A stretch of 38,562 nucleotides of DNA from a virus. Taxonomy: Duplodnaviria; Caudoviricetes. Each line of letters opens with the position of its first letter. Position 1 is the stretch's first letter. Below the pieces are notes generated by a model, which saw only the letters and a program-made list of their open reading frames with translations, was not told where the DNA came from and searched no databases. The position numbers were made by a program, and so were the translations under genes. The DNA lies in IMG/VR virus record IMGVR_UViG_3300044723_005851, positions 1 through 38,562 of that record. One strand, given 5' to 3'. This document shows positions 26,620 through 36,962 of the stretch, piece by piece.

Positions 26620-27495
26620 TTAACCTTCAATGTATTCCCCTGTAATTGGGTCGTAGTATCCTAGCTTTGGACTACCTAAAATAGATGGTGGTGGTGGTGG
26701 AGTTGCAGGAGGAGGAGTAGATTCGATTTCTCCTTGCTGAAATATATTTAATAAACTTTGCGTTCCTGCTGCATCTTGATTTAAAATATAGTTCATTACC
26801 AACTCCCCAATTTGTTTTTTAGTTTTTCCTGTAATATCTATACCTCCTTGTTCAGCAACTTTGGTGTTGAAAACATCTTCACCCATAAGCATCTTCTGAT
26901 TCATAAGCTCTTTATATGCTTCCCTATTCTTTTTTTCACCTATTATAAGAGGAGTAGCCTGTGCAGCCACATCAAACATTTGCTCAACACCTGTTGCTAT
27001 ACCTTCTAAGTTTCTTTGCCTTTGATTTTCTGCTCTTGCTGCTGCTTCTTGCGCCCCCATCGCTTCCATGACATCTAGACTCTGTACAGTATCTAGTAGC
27101 CTAGCCTCCTCTGTTGCTGTCAACCTTTGAAGTTCATACATTCTATTAGCTAAATCTGTACGAACCCCTGCCTGACCTGCAAGTCCTGCTTGTAATGCCT
27201 GACCTGCAATCTGTCCTGCACCACGCTGACTCCCTTCTCTTCCTGCTTGCATCATTTGAGCAACTTGTACATTTACAGCTTGTCTCTCAAGCTCAGTAGC
27301 CTCCATAGGTAAAGCAATACCTTCAAATACATTGATACCTGCTCTACGCCTAGCATCAGCAATAGCTTTTGTTGCTGCTGCATCTGCTTCGGCAGCAAGC
27401 TTCTTTTGTTTATTAGCTTGAACAATGTTTGTTCCTGTCGTAAATATAGCAGCTCCTGCTTTCAGAGCCATTCCTATTGTAAAGGGGTCAACCAT
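26620..27495 (-). CDS. Putative small internal virion (ejection) protein
   Basis: Hydrophobic Gly/Ala N-terminus, Ala/Gln-rich amphipathic helices as in podovirus ejection proteins; Pro-rich tail. Confidence 0.65.
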   Translation of the reverse strand: MVDPFTIGMALKAGAAIFTTGTNIVQANKQKKLAAEADAAATKAIADARRRAGINVFEGIALPMEATELERQAVNVQVAQMMQAGREGSQRGAGQIAGQALQAGLAGQAGVRTDLANRMYELQRLTATEEARLLDTVQSLDVMEAMGAQEAAARAENQRQRNLEGIATGVEQMFDVAAQATPLIIGEKKNREAYKELMNQKMLMGEDVFNTKVAEQGGIDITGKTKKQIGELVMNYILNQDAAGTQSLLNIFQQGEIESTPPPATPPPPPSILGSPKLGYYDPITGEYIEG

Positions 27496-27535
27496 ATTTA
27501 TATATTTTTTAAATTATTTATAAAGATACTGATTT

Positions 27536-28336
27536 TTAGGGAAACGATTTCATTACTTCTGACCTCAAGACAAATAATTCCACATATTCATTGTATGTAT
27601 CGTTTGACATATTTGCTACCATATAGTGTCCTAACATACCAAAGTCTTCGGCAGCAGGGTCTTTCATATATAAGAAATACTCTGTGTTAGATGGTATAGC
27701 TGCACCCCCATTTTCTGCTACAATGTTGTTTGTTGGTACAGTTAGGTCGATGTTTATTTGAGTTATCTTACCAACAAGGATAGGCGTATATGTCGGTGCT
27801 TGAGCATAGAACAAGTAATCGCCTATACTCATCTGACTGCCTAAGTTTACAGACACAGCAAAATCAACACTTGCAAATGTATCAGGACCGATTGCATAGT
27901 TTAGTACATTGGTACTTGTAGCGATACCACTCAAAGTCCTCAACTCCCAAGTCTGCTCATTGATGACCGTATTGTTTAATCTAATAAAGCTAAAGAATGA
28001 ACCCTCCTTCTTCTCGAAGTATGAATCCAATACCTGCCCATTCAAGTCCGTATAGTCCGATTCAAGGTCTACATCCCAAGCGTGAGTGCCTTCAATATTT
28101 AAAGTCTTAAACAGCTTACTGTCTAACACCTGCTCATTGAATACGGTCTTTACCTCAGATGGGGATGACACCCCATAAAACTCATTCCTTGTAGCATTTA
28201 CATTGTGCCTGTACAGGTTGCCACCTTTGAATGTATAGAAATATTGGTTCATGCCTATCATGTAGTCAGGCTCGAAGCTATAGAATGATGGGAAACCTTT
28301 AAATCCCTCACTATATACAACTGTGTTCGTAGGCAT
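27536..28336 (-). CDS. Tail protein corresponding to the C-terminal part of the tail stabilization (nozzle) protein; start revised to 28336
   Basis: YSE..KG.PSFYSF.PD.M......YTFK.G.LY.HN...RN.FYG and K.FKTL..EG, F.KKEG.F motifs; ATG 1 nt from upstream stop. Confidence 0.7.
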   Translation of the reverse strand: MPTNTVVYSEGFKGFPSFYSFEPDYMIGMNQYFYTFKGGNLYRHNVNATRNEFYGVSSPSEVKTVFNEQVLDSKLFKTLNIEGTHAWDVDLESDYTDLNGQVLDSYFEKKEGSFFSFIRLNNTVINEQTWELRTLSGIATSTNVLNYAIGPDTFASVDFAVSVNLGSQMSIGDYLFYAQAPTYTPILVGKITQINIDLTVPTNNIVAENGGAAIPSNTEYFLYMKDPAAEDFGMLGHYMVANMSNDTYNEYVELFVLRSEVMKSFP

Positions 28337-28337
28337 A

Positions 28338-29267
28338 TTATGGACAATTTTGTAGTAAAGTAATAACACCATTGGAGTCAACGGTCATCCGTTTCTTTCC
28401 CGATGATGGATTGATAATGTAGTTCCCTGAACCCACCTTATTCTCCCCATAGGCATCAGTGAATATAAAGTCTCCCACAGATGGCTCTCCAAAAGACACC
28501 TTATCAAATGGTGCATTATAGTATGACAACGGAAAGACAGTCTCTGCACAATCACTTATTGTGGTTGCAGGAACTGCTGTAAGTAGCACAGGACACTTAA
28601 CCTCTATATCCCAATCGGATGAGCCACAAGCTGAATGTACTTCTATATCTAATATGTTTCCATATGCAATGGTCTTTGGTACAACCATCATATAGAATCC
28701 TGTATAAACATCAAGCACAACATCCGTTGGTTGTATCTGTAGGGTTGTACTTCCACCTGTAGGGTAGAAATTTCCACCTGTATAGTCGTAGTTTGGACTC
28801 GTTACATTTATGGCAGACACACCAAAGTTAGCATCACAAGTTCCTGTAGAACCTGTCACTCCTGTGTATGTAAAACCATTGGTGCTATTCCCCGATGCTG
28901 CATAATATATAGTCGCACCCGAAACTCCTACCAACTCGTTATAGTACACAGCGTTCTGCTCCACCCTAATACCATCAGGTATATTAGCACTTTGGAAGTA
29001 TATAAGTATTGCCCCAACATCTGTTCCTGTGTCTGCCCTTAGTCTGTATAACCCATCGTTGGTTATACCTGAAACACTTGTTGTTCCATCACAGGCAAGA
29101 TTACAGCTTTGACACGCAACAGGAGGAAGTAGGCTACAACTAACCTGCTCACGAACTATTGTTCCATCAGAATAGAATCCATCTGCCGAGCATACGGTCA
29201 AGTCAGCATCATCGAATACTGCTGTTGAATTTGCAAGTGTACTTCCGTTTATATAATAAGTTGCCAT
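28338..29267 (-). CDS. Cys/Thr/Gly-rich beta-structured virion protein (tail appendage/decoration)
   Basis: Composition and position in tail module. Confidence 0.6.
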   Translation of the reverse strand: MATYYINGSTLANSTAVFDDADLTVCSADGFYSDGTIVREQVSCSLLPPVACQSCNLACDGTTSVSGITNDGLYRLRADTGTDVGAILIYFQSANIPDGIRVEQNAVYYNELVGVSGATIYYAASGNSTNGFTYTGVTGSTGTCDANFGVSAINVTSPNYDYTGGNFYPTGGSTTLQIQPTDVVLDVYTGFYMMVVPKTIAYGNILDIEVHSACGSSDWDIEVKCPVLLTAVPATTISDCAETVFPLSYYNAPFDKVSFGEPSVGDFIFTDAYGENKVGSGNYIINPSSGKKRMTVDSNGVITLLQNCP

Positions 29268-29276
29268 AATTTAATT

Positions 29277-32200
29277 TTAAGCTGAACATCCACAATTCTG
29301 CCAAGCAATCTGTGTATTTGGTGGCAGTGCAGTAGGTAATCCACCTGCACAAATAACTGCTGAACCTCTAGGTGGAATAGATAAATTTACTAAATCTCCA
29401 CTACAATTTGTATAAGATACAATTATAACAAAAGGATTCGTGTGTGTAATTTGATATGTATTACACGCATCATTACAGCTTGTTATACTTAATATCGTGT
29501 TGACCGTATCGGTAGCTGCATCCATGCTATACGAAACAATCTCAAAGGTACAATCAGCAGGATGACCTGTAAGTGTTACAAAGCTACCCACATCTACACC
29601 AACTGTAGAAGGTATAACCTCTGATACAACCACTCCATCTAATCTGCACTGATAAGCCAATAGGTTACTTGTACATAGACAAGATGTCTTAGCTATCGTA
29701 ATAGATGCAGGTATAGTTATAATCCTCTTCAAGCATACATCTGTCAATACCTCAAGTGGGTCTAACTCTAGTGTTATTAGCTTATCATCACAATCTACAT
29801 AGGTTAGAGATTGTGCAACTCCATCTGTATTTGTTAGCGTGTAGCTATTACAATCATCGTAGCAGCTATTTGTTGACTCCAACCACTCATCCATATCATC
29901 AGTTGCTGCAAGCGTTGTATTCGCAACCACTTGGAACAAACAATCAGGATAACCAACAAGAGTAATAAAGTCTCCAAGTTCCACATCCTTAATAGTTCTT
30001 GGAACAATCTCATCATTTACTGTACCATCTTCTCTACATTCTCTCGCTACGAAGTTTTCTCCTGTCACACAATTACAACAAGCATCTGCTGCCACACTTC
30101 TATCGAAGCACAAATCAACAATTGTTGGGTTTTGGTATATGTATATTAGATATAGATAGTTCCCTGTGCTTGGCATCGCAAAGTCTGCACTAAACAATGG
30201 TGCTGCCCCAACTGTAGGTGCTGCTACCGTTGCTGCTGCAAGTAAAGCATCAATATCCGTAGGGTTATTTGAGTATAGCGTATTGCTTCTCAAATATCTA
30301 AACTCATCTATATTTAGCGTAAAGTCAAAGGTGTCTATCGGTGGTATCTTATTCGACCTGATAGTAACCGTTGCTGTATCTGTAGGCACAAACGCACCAC
30401 CTTGCTGCCCTGTGATTGTATCATACTGCGACACAAGAGGAACTGCTGTTCCCGATGCAAACTCAACCTGCGTACTATGCAATGGAGAGATATATGTGCC
30501 ATCAACCCAACGATACTCGTTATGGATGAACTGACCTGCATCTACATCGTTTGTCACACACACCTGTATAACTGTCAACTCTGCTGCATCAGGACAGCTA
30601 ACTGTAATAGACACAACCGTATCTGCCGATGCAGTTATTGTTATGTCTGTAGTTGTTACATCTACCTTGTCTTTATCTACAACAAAGCTACCCGATTGTG
30701 CAGCAGCACCCGAAGTGTATGGAGTTGAATCGTATACTGCATCAACCACCACATCGCCACCACTAACTACCGAGAATGTTACGGTAACATCGCCAACAAG
30801 ATTGCCTAACTCATAACAGAAATTTATAGGAGAACCTGCTGCCACCGTAAAGACCTTCTCTGTTGTACATTCAAAACATATATCTTCTGTTGGTGTATTT
30901 ATATCCGATACACCTAAAACATATTCATTATAGAATGGGTCATAGCCACCAAGTTTCTGTTTAGAGAAATCCTCTATAAACTTATCCCTAAAGAAACTCC
31001 TTAGACCCAAGTTGGATATTACAGTCAACTGCTCGTTACCATATGAACTACCTCTTAGCTGTATCACTGCACCCCTCTTTGCATCTGTAAAGAACTTATC
31101 ATACCCCCACTTGGCATAACTCTCAGGGTTAAAACTAATACCATACTCCTCAGACCGTGCCACCTGCGTACCTAATACTTCGGGAACAGATGAAATTAAT
31201 CCACCACCTGTACTATCACTAATCAAGTTCTTCCCTGCAAGTACATACGAAATCTTATCTTCTTGCAGAACAAGGATGTCTGTCTGCCTTCCATCTAACT
31301 TCATAATATACCCAAAGTCATCCTCCAATGGCTTGAAGTTTAGTAAGCCAAGATTAAACTCGTTGAGTTTGTTTACATTAGACTCATCGTTATACACACC
31401 ACTATAGGTTAAGTCAGCAAATCTGTGTGCCTCCTTAAAATCTTGAGCCAATGTAGTAGTGGTTCTATTCCCTAAAGCCAATGGCTTACCTACAATCGAA
31501 TCCCTAATCTTATAGCTTTCTACACCATTGCCAAAAGCAAAGCAATTAAAAAATGCTGTGTCTATTATTGCAGACTGTATAGCTGATTGATTCTGTACAT
31601 TGCCTTCATGGAATCCACCTGTTATTGGATATGATGTCGATGATTCATACCATAGGTCGGGTAAAGCATCTTGTGGTTCTGTTTCAAAAACTAATAGCTC
31701 ATTTCTTCTTTGTATTATAACTCTTCCCTGAATTGTACTTAAGTCTGTCGCTGTATTTTGACAAGTTTTAGCTCCTGTAATTACAAGCTTTAGTTGATTA
31801 GATACAAGTCTTAGGAATTGCCAATTATTTGTACCTACAGAAGAAGGAACATCTGCTGCTGTTTCTCCAAGAGATTCAAATAACATATTACTAGAATATG
31901 CATTGGTTTGGTCAGAGCCACCACAAGAAACTACACTTATACCCAAAGCATTTACAGAATCAATAATATTGTCGTTCTCTATAAAATCTTTTAAATTTGC
32001 CCACTCTTGAGAGGCTGTAAATTTTTGGTCTAGTGTGTATTCCCTTTCCTCACATCCTAAAAAACAAGGCTTCTTACCTGGTCTAAAAACTTCTAACTCT
32101 ATGGTAATTATAGACCCTTGAGGTATAGGTTCATCTATCCAAGTTGTGCCATCAAATTCATTTACAGTTAGCTCTATCCTTGGAGATACACTTGAGCTAC

Positions 32201-34463
32201 CTGATACATCAGACTTTAGACCTGAATCTGTTATTGAAAAACTATTGTATACAGCTTCAAAGTCATTTGCATTTATTTTCATATACACGCCTGATGGAAC
32301 ATACAATGTATTGCCATCATCATCCACAGGAGCAGGGTCAAGAAATTCTGCTGATTCAGCACCCTTATCTAATACAGTTGCATATGCACATTTATTTAAA
32401 GCACCATTCGTGTCTGCCTTAACTATAAGTCTATCTCCAACTTCAACCTTCTTTGTGTTCTCCCCCTCAAGTAAAAAGTATGTTGAATTTGTATTTGTAT
32501 CATCAAAGAAAAGATTGGAATATATAGTCTCGTAATTTTCCTTATCAGGTTTGATTACAAACTTATACCTTGATGCCCATGAAGGAGCGACCTGTGTATT
32601 AGGTATGGTTACCCTAATCTTGTTTTGTAAGTCTGAGTTTTTACAAGGAACATGAATATTATTTGTTGCACTAACCAAAGCTGTAGTTGAACGATTATAT
32701 TCATCCATATACACTATACCAACCTCATACCCTCTATTACTATGTAAACTTTTAGGAGAACCACTTTCTACATATTGAACTGAAGCAGCAGCTATCTCAT
32801 AATACTCATATACATTAAATGTAGGCGTTGTAAGGTCATCAACAAACCTAACAGCAGGAAGCTGAAATCCAATCACATCAGAAGATGCACTAGATATAAT
32901 AGATATCGGTTCATCGACTGCTGTTATACCACTCTTATATTTTTTCAATGCATCTAATGTAGCTAATACAGAACAATTAAATAAGTCCGTAAATGTAGTG
33001 CCACTACACCCATTGGCAGCAGTTTGAATGTTAGCTGCTGTTCCTACCTTGTCAATAAAATCAGAATCAGTTGCTAACTCAAATACACTATCAAAATCTT
33101 GCTGTAGCACATATATAAAAGTTACCAAGGTGTTATCAGTAGTTTGGACAGGTGGAGGTGTATCCCCTGTAAAAGTGCTATGTTTAAAATTTATATTAAT
33201 AGATAAAATCGCATTTGCTTTTAATTCAATGCCTGATAAATCTATCTCTAACACAGAAGCAGCTATGGTCTGAGAACCATTTATAGTATAATTCCCTGAA
33301 ACCTGAGAGTCAGGAACTTCTGCTAATCCCACCTCATTTGTTATAAGCTCGGTTGTGTATTCTAGTTTGGTAGGATTTCCTGCTAGGTCGAGCAAATCAT
33401 AACCATCTACATAATTTCCATAAACTAAACGATTGCCCATGATTGTCTGTGCCTGTGCCAATCTTGGTACATTGTCATACAGCCTAAGTATCTCGCTATT
33501 AGGCAGTACCGTAAATATCTTGCTATTACTAAATGTGTATGTATAATCTATGTTGTCGACCAATCCTAACTCGTCTTTGTCAAGCTCCTCAATAACCTTG
33601 ATGATTCCTGTGTTCATGTCCTTGAACAGCAGCTCTATACTCTTAACTAAAAATCCACCTGCGTTGTATGTGATGATACAAGCATTGGTAGAGTTTACCA
33701 TACCCTCGTTTAGGTATGCATCATTTGTAAAGCTAAAAACCTTTGGTATAAATGAAGGCTCGGAAAACTGCGATGTAGCTGAATACTCTCCATCCTCGTA
33801 TCTATATCTATACGCAAAAGACACAAATCTTTCTTCAAGGAAATTATTTTGAGTAGATGTTTCCACAGACTGAACACTTGGCGAGTTTATAGGTGGTCTT
33901 TTTAAAACCAATAACTCTTCTGCTGTAATACCATCAGTAGAAATAACATCAACAGGTTGGGTATAAGCCTTAGTGACATTTATTTTTCTTGGTGGATTTA
34001 GATTGTCCGTAAAAAACAACAGGTCATCAACCAAATCTACTCCTGTAATTAGATACTGCTCATCAAAGTTTAGTGTTGTATTAGCACCACCCCCATCATC
34101 TATAGATACCACATGATATGTAAGGGCAGATGTCTTAGTGTCAAACGACACTATCATATCTATCTTACCTGTATTACTTGAAATAAAATTATTGTCGTGA
34201 ATAAACCAATATATAGTCTCTGCCTCCCCATCCTCATATGCACCTATACATCTTGCATTAGCAGATAGTTCTATTCCATCAAACATCAGAGTAGTTAACT
34301 TAGTGTTACCCTTTACATTAGATACAGCACCTATCTCGGAGTTGGTTTCTTCTGAACCAATCCTAATGTTTATTGCATCAATGTATTCTCCGTTACGAAT
34401 AAGGCGTTGGTCGGTATCCTTATTCATTCTACCCAATACAAAGTTCCTTTGAAAATTTGCCAT
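29277..34463 (-). CDS. Tail stabilization/nozzle protein (P22 gp10-like, crAss/phi38:1-type) with Cys-rich C-terminal extension
   Basis: GRMNKD.D.RL..NGEY.DA.N, LFFTDN.NPPRKIN, FAYRY.Y.DGEYS, GNRL.YGNY, YGIS.NPES, FFTDAKRGAV, LGGYDP motifs. Confidence 0.8.
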   Translation of the reverse strand: MANFQRNFVLGRMNKDTDQRLIRNGEYIDAINIRIGSEETNSEIGAVSNVKGNTKLTTLMFDGIELSANARCIGAYEDGEAETIYWFIHDNNFISSNTGKIDMIVSFDTKTSALTYHVVSIDDGGGANTTLNFDEQYLITGVDLVDDLLFFTDNLNPPRKINVTKAYTQPVDVISTDGITAEELLVLKRPPINSPSVQSVETSTQNNFLEERFVSFAYRYRYEDGEYSATSQFSEPSFIPKVFSFTNDAYLNEGMVNSTNACIITYNAGGFLVKSIELLFKDMNTGIIKVIEELDKDELGLVDNIDYTYTFSNSKIFTVLPNSEILRLYDNVPRLAQAQTIMGNRLVYGNYVDGYDLLDLAGNPTKLEYTTELITNEVGLAEVPDSQVSGNYTINGSQTIAASVLEIDLSGIELKANAILSININFKHSTFTGDTPPPVQTTDNTLVTFIYVLQQDFDSVFELATDSDFIDKVGTAANIQTAANGCSGTTFTDLFNCSVLATLDALKKYKSGITAVDEPISIISSASSDVIGFQLPAVRFVDDLTTPTFNVYEYYEIAAASVQYVESGSPKSLHSNRGYEVGIVYMDEYNRSTTALVSATNNIHVPCKNSDLQNKIRVTIPNTQVAPSWASRYKFVIKPDKENYETIYSNLFFDDTNTNSTYFLLEGENTKKVEVGDRLIVKADTNGALNKCAYATVLDKGAESAEFLDPAPVDDDGNTLYVPSGVYMKINANDFEAVYNSFSITDSGLKSDVSGSSSVSPRIELTVNEFDGTTWIDEPIPQGSIITIELEVFRPGKKPCFLGCEEREYTLDQKFTASQEWANLKDFIENDNIIDSVNALGISVVSCGGSDQTNAYSSNMLFESLGETAADVPSSVGTNNWQFLRLVSNQLKLVITGAKTCQNTATDLSTIQGRVIIQRRNELLVFETEPQDALPDLWYESSTSYPITGGFHEGNVQNQSAIQSAIIDTAFFNCFAFGNGVESYKIRDSIVGKPLALGNRTTTTLAQDFKEAHRFADLTYSGVYNDESNVNKLNEFNLGLLNFKPLEDDFGYIMKLDGRQTDILVLQEDKISYVLAGKNLISDSTGGGLISSVPEVLGTQVARSEEYGISFNPESYAKWGYDKFFTDAKRGAVIQLRGSSYGNEQLTVISNLGLRSFFRDKFIEDFSKQKLGGYDPFYNEYVLGVSDINTPTEDICFECTTEKVFTVAAGSPINFCYELGNLVGDVTVTFSVVSGGDVVVDAVYDSTPYTSGAAAQSGSFVVDKDKVDVTTTDITITASADTVVSITVSCPDAAELTVIQVCVTNDVDAGQFIHNEYRWVDGTYISPLHSTQVEFASGTAVPLVSQYDTITGQQGGAFVPTDTATVTIRSNKIPPIDTFDFTLNIDEFRYLRSNTLYSNNPTDIDALLAAATVAAPTVGAAPLFSADFAMPSTGNYLYLIYIYQNPTIVDLCFDRSVAADACCNCVTGENFVARECREDGTVNDEIVPRTIKDVELGDFITLVGYPDCLFQVVANTTLAATDDMDEWLESTNSCYDDCNSYTLTNTDGVAQSLTYVDCDDKLITLELDPLEVLTDVCLKRIITIPASITIAKTSCLCTSNLLAYQCRLDGVVVSEVIPSTVGVDVGSFVTLTGHPADCTFEIVSYSMDAATDTVNTILSITSCNDACNTYQITHTNPFVIIVSYTNCSGDLVNLSIPPRGSAVICAGGLPTALPPNTQIAWQNCGCSA

Positions 34464-34464
34464 A

Positions 34465-35388
34465 TTACTTCAGCCACTTGTTTTGACCTCTCATATTCAT
34501 CAGAAGTCTACTAGGATGTATATTGCTCAATCTTATCTTTGCGTTTCTTAGGAGTGCTGTCTTTCTTTTCCTTGCTCTATTTACCACATACTCCTGTACG
34601 CCAAGTTTAGAGTTGAGGATTGCATACTCAATGTACGCATAGATATAATCCTCGAATAATTTATTTACAGTTATCTTAGAGTTGTCTCCACTTTCCATGC
34701 CATCAGATACATACTCAAGCACACACAACTCTCCTGCCATTCCTGATGAGAAGTTTATCACACCACCCTTTCTATCAATACTAAAGGTTGGGTTTATGTT
34801 TGCAGTCTCTGTGTTTAGTCCAAACCTTGAACCAAGAGTGTAGTCAAAGTACCAACACCCATCATAGCAATACCCTTCCATGCCATCGAACTGACTATTT
34901 TGGTTTAGGTATATAGACTTCTTCTGACCTGTAACTCTATCTAAGTCAAGGTTTGATTCTTCAGGTTTAAGTACATTCCCATTTTCATCAAACAATATAT
35001 TGCAATCGTTATCCTGTAAGTATGCATCACTCCAATTAGTCTGAATGTTTTCACTTAATGGATATAATGTTCCATTCTTATACATAGATATCCTAACCCA
35101 ATTCACATAATCGGGAGGTAGAATAAACCTAAGATTATCACACACATCTAACTCCAAAATCTTTACCTCCTTGAACGCATCGTAGTTCAGCTCCTGTATA
35201 CCTCTCTTTGCGTGGAACAGAATCTTATACCTAGGCTCGTTGTTTACAAGGCTGTGGTTTCCTTGATACATCAACATAAAATTGTTTACAATATCAAACA
35301 AACTAACATATTGGTACGAACCCCAATTAGCATCCGTAGGTGTTGTGCCTGAGTTCTCGTAATATTGATATGCAGTTATATATGCCAT
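34465..35388 (-). CDS. Conserved virion neck/ring protein
   Basis: FHAKRGIQELNYD, LPPDYVNWVRIS, LEYVSDG, RNAKIRLSN motifs; position after head-tail adaptor. Confidence 0.7.
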   Translation of the reverse strand: MAYITAYQYYENSGTTPTDANWGSYQYVSLFDIVNNFMLMYQGNHSLVNNEPRYKILFHAKRGIQELNYDAFKEVKILELDVCDNLRFILPPDYVNWVRISMYKNGTLYPLSENIQTNWSDAYLQDNDCNILFDENGNVLKPEESNLDLDRVTGQKKSIYLNQNSQFDGMEGYCYDGCWYFDYTLGSRFGLNTETANINPTFSIDRKGGVINFSSGMAGELCVLEYVSDGMESGDNSKITVNKLFEDYIYAYIEYAILNSKLGVQEYVVNRARKRKTALLRNAKIRLSNIHPSRLLMNMRGQNKWLK

Positions 35389-35394
35389 TACTTA

Positions 35395-36117
35395 TTATTT
35401 TAGTTCGTTACTATCAATCTGTTCTTCTGCCTGTGCAAATTGTACTGTTTGAATCTCTCTGATACTCATGCCTGCGTATTGTAGAATCTTGTTTACCAAG
35501 TTATTCTCATCATCCAAAGGAAGTTCAAAGTCTTGGAAGTCAGGTTGTGATTGGTCAAATGATGGCTCTCCACCTGATAGAGATACATATGTCCACTTAG
35601 GGTCTTTAGGGTATCTAATATATTGCGCCCTTACATCGCCCTGTGTATTTATGGTGTTAGGGTATAGATAAATAAAGTTCCCCTCTTGACTATACGCAGG
35701 AAATAATTCCGTTGGACTCGTTAGCAAAGAGCGGGTAAGCATAGTGATGTTTTTATTAGAAACATTTTCTGCCTCTGCTTTTGATGTAACCACTATAACC
35801 TTATTAATAAAATAGTAGTCTTCTCCTGTTGTTGTTGGAGATGGTAAGAAGAACTTGTTTGCTGTATCGTGTGTCAAGTCTTTCTCTAAGGAGAAGTAAT
35901 CTATAACTTCTTCCATTCCCTTCTTAATATCAGCGTACCCTGTTCCCGACTGCCTTGCGTTTTCTTTATTTACATAGTAGTTGTATGTCGTAAAGTAGTC
36001 CTCGAATATATCCATCTGTGCCTGCTTTGCAAACAGATTAAAATCTGATGGAGATATATATCCATAGTTATTCTTGTTGAGTATAGCCAATACTGTATTT
36101 CTTACAGAGTTTATCAT
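35395..36117 (-). CDS. Putative head-tail adaptor / tail tubular protein
   Basis: V.AILNK.N.GYI.P.DFNL.A.QAQ and Y.R.PKDP.W, DFEL, LV.KIL.YAG motifs. Confidence 0.7.
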   Translation of the reverse strand: MINSVRNTVLAILNKNNYGYISPSDFNLFAKQAQMDIFEDYFTTYNYYVNKENARQSGTGYADIKKGMEEVIDYFSLEKDLTHDTANKFFLPSPTTTGEDYYFINKVIVVTSKAEAENVSNKNITMLTRSLLTSPTELFPAYSQEGNFIYLYPNTINTQGDVRAQYIRYPKDPKWTYVSLSGGEPSFDQSQPDFQDFELPLDDENNLVNKILQYAGMSIREIQTVQFAQAEEQIDSNELK

Positions 36118-36133
36118 ACGCTAAGTCTTTGTA

Positions 36134-36141
36134 CAAAGATA
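36134..36141 (-). promoter_or_regulatory. Possible -7 promoter element (TATCTTTG) for the tail operon
   Basis: Exact TAnnTTTG on - strand 17 nt before ATG; no -33 TTTG at consensus spacing. Confidence 0.4.
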
Positions 36142-36144
36142 AGC

Positions 36145-36180
36145 AAAAAAAAGAAGTGAGTTTCTGATAACCCACTTCTT
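36145..36180 (-). terminator. Intrinsic terminator
   Basis: AAGAAGTGGGTT/AACTCACTTCTT stem followed by T-run on - strand. Confidence 0.75.
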
Positions 36181-36206
36181 AAAGGATGTAAAATGATTTT
36201 TTGCTT

Positions 36207-36944
36207 TTAAAGTTGTTTCTCTAAGAACTCAAGGACTTCAACGCCCTCATCGCTCTTGAAGTATGATGCCAAAAAGTTTATGGTATCATCTCCAAACGGA
36301 ACTGCCACCAACCTTTTCTTATTATCCTTTAGGTTATAGTGTACATCTCTTCCATTATTACGGATTGAGATTAATCTCTCATCCACAAACTTATTAATCT
36401 TTGACACTAGCTGTAACTCAGGATTTGTTACTGCTGACATAAAACCTTGTGCATCCCTCCTTGCGTATACCATTAGGTCTCTACGCAATTCGGCTGTAGT
36501 CATGCTAGCCACATTAGATGCAAGTAATATCCTACCGACTGCTTCTGCCTGCTCGATTGTCAAATCTTTAGCTGTAGCCAAAGCATCAATCTCTTGCTCA
36601 AGATATTCTAACTCTTCTCTAGCATCCCTTTCATTGTCCACCTCCTCAAACTTCTTACCGTTCATTGGGTGGTAGTAAAGAAACTCCTGTAATATTGGAT
36701 TGTTCTTTGGAACTCTAAGAAATCCATCCTCAAAGATGATTGGCGTTATAATAGCATTGCCATCCTGCTCATCCTCAAAGATACTCTTTTGATTAGAGGC
36801 ATACCTTAACACTCTGTTCTCATTCTTTGATTCATCAAAGTGCATCAACGGAGACCTTCTTGAGTTTCTAGATGGAAGGATGAATGTTAGAGGTGCTGCA
36901 CCTCTTAGTAACCGATAGGTACGGTCTTTTATTTCTTTTTTCAT
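36207..36944 (-). CDS. Conserved phage protein downstream of major capsid gene
   Basis: LRYASNQKS.F.DEQ, I.FEDG.L.VP, L.YHP.NG..F.E motifs; synteny. Confidence 0.7.
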   Translation of the reverse strand: MKKEIKDRTYRLLRGAAPLTFILPSRNSRRSPLMHFDESKNENRVLRYASNQKSIFEDEQDGNAIITPIIFEDGFLRVPKNNPILQEFLYYHPMNGKKFEEVDNERDAREELEYLEQEIDALATAKDLTIEQAEAVGRILLASNVASMTTAELRRDLMVYARRDAQGFMSAVTNPELQLVSKINKFVDERLISIRNNGRDVHYNLKDNKKRLVAVPFGDDTINFLASYFKSDEGVEVLEFLEKQL

Positions 36945-36962
36945 TTGAATTTAATTTAATTT

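Noticed and set aside
26686-26718. GGT/GGA triplet run as a DNA repeat element
   Set aside because: It simply encodes the poly-Pro tail of the small ejection protein
28337-28381. First 15 codons of the 281-aa ORF in the track
   Set aside because: They overlap the upstream gene; ATG at 28336 gives tight coupling and begins the conserved motif
29283-30060. Tail repeat as a diversity-generating retroelement TR/VR pair
   Set aside because: Copies are diverged at all base types, both are coding in-frame, and no reverse transcriptase is present
18765-35671. Numerous short + strand ORFs within the late genes (and - strand ORFs within early genes)
   Set aside because: Antisense or alternate-frame shadows of long genes with biased Ser/Leu/Phe composition and no initiation context
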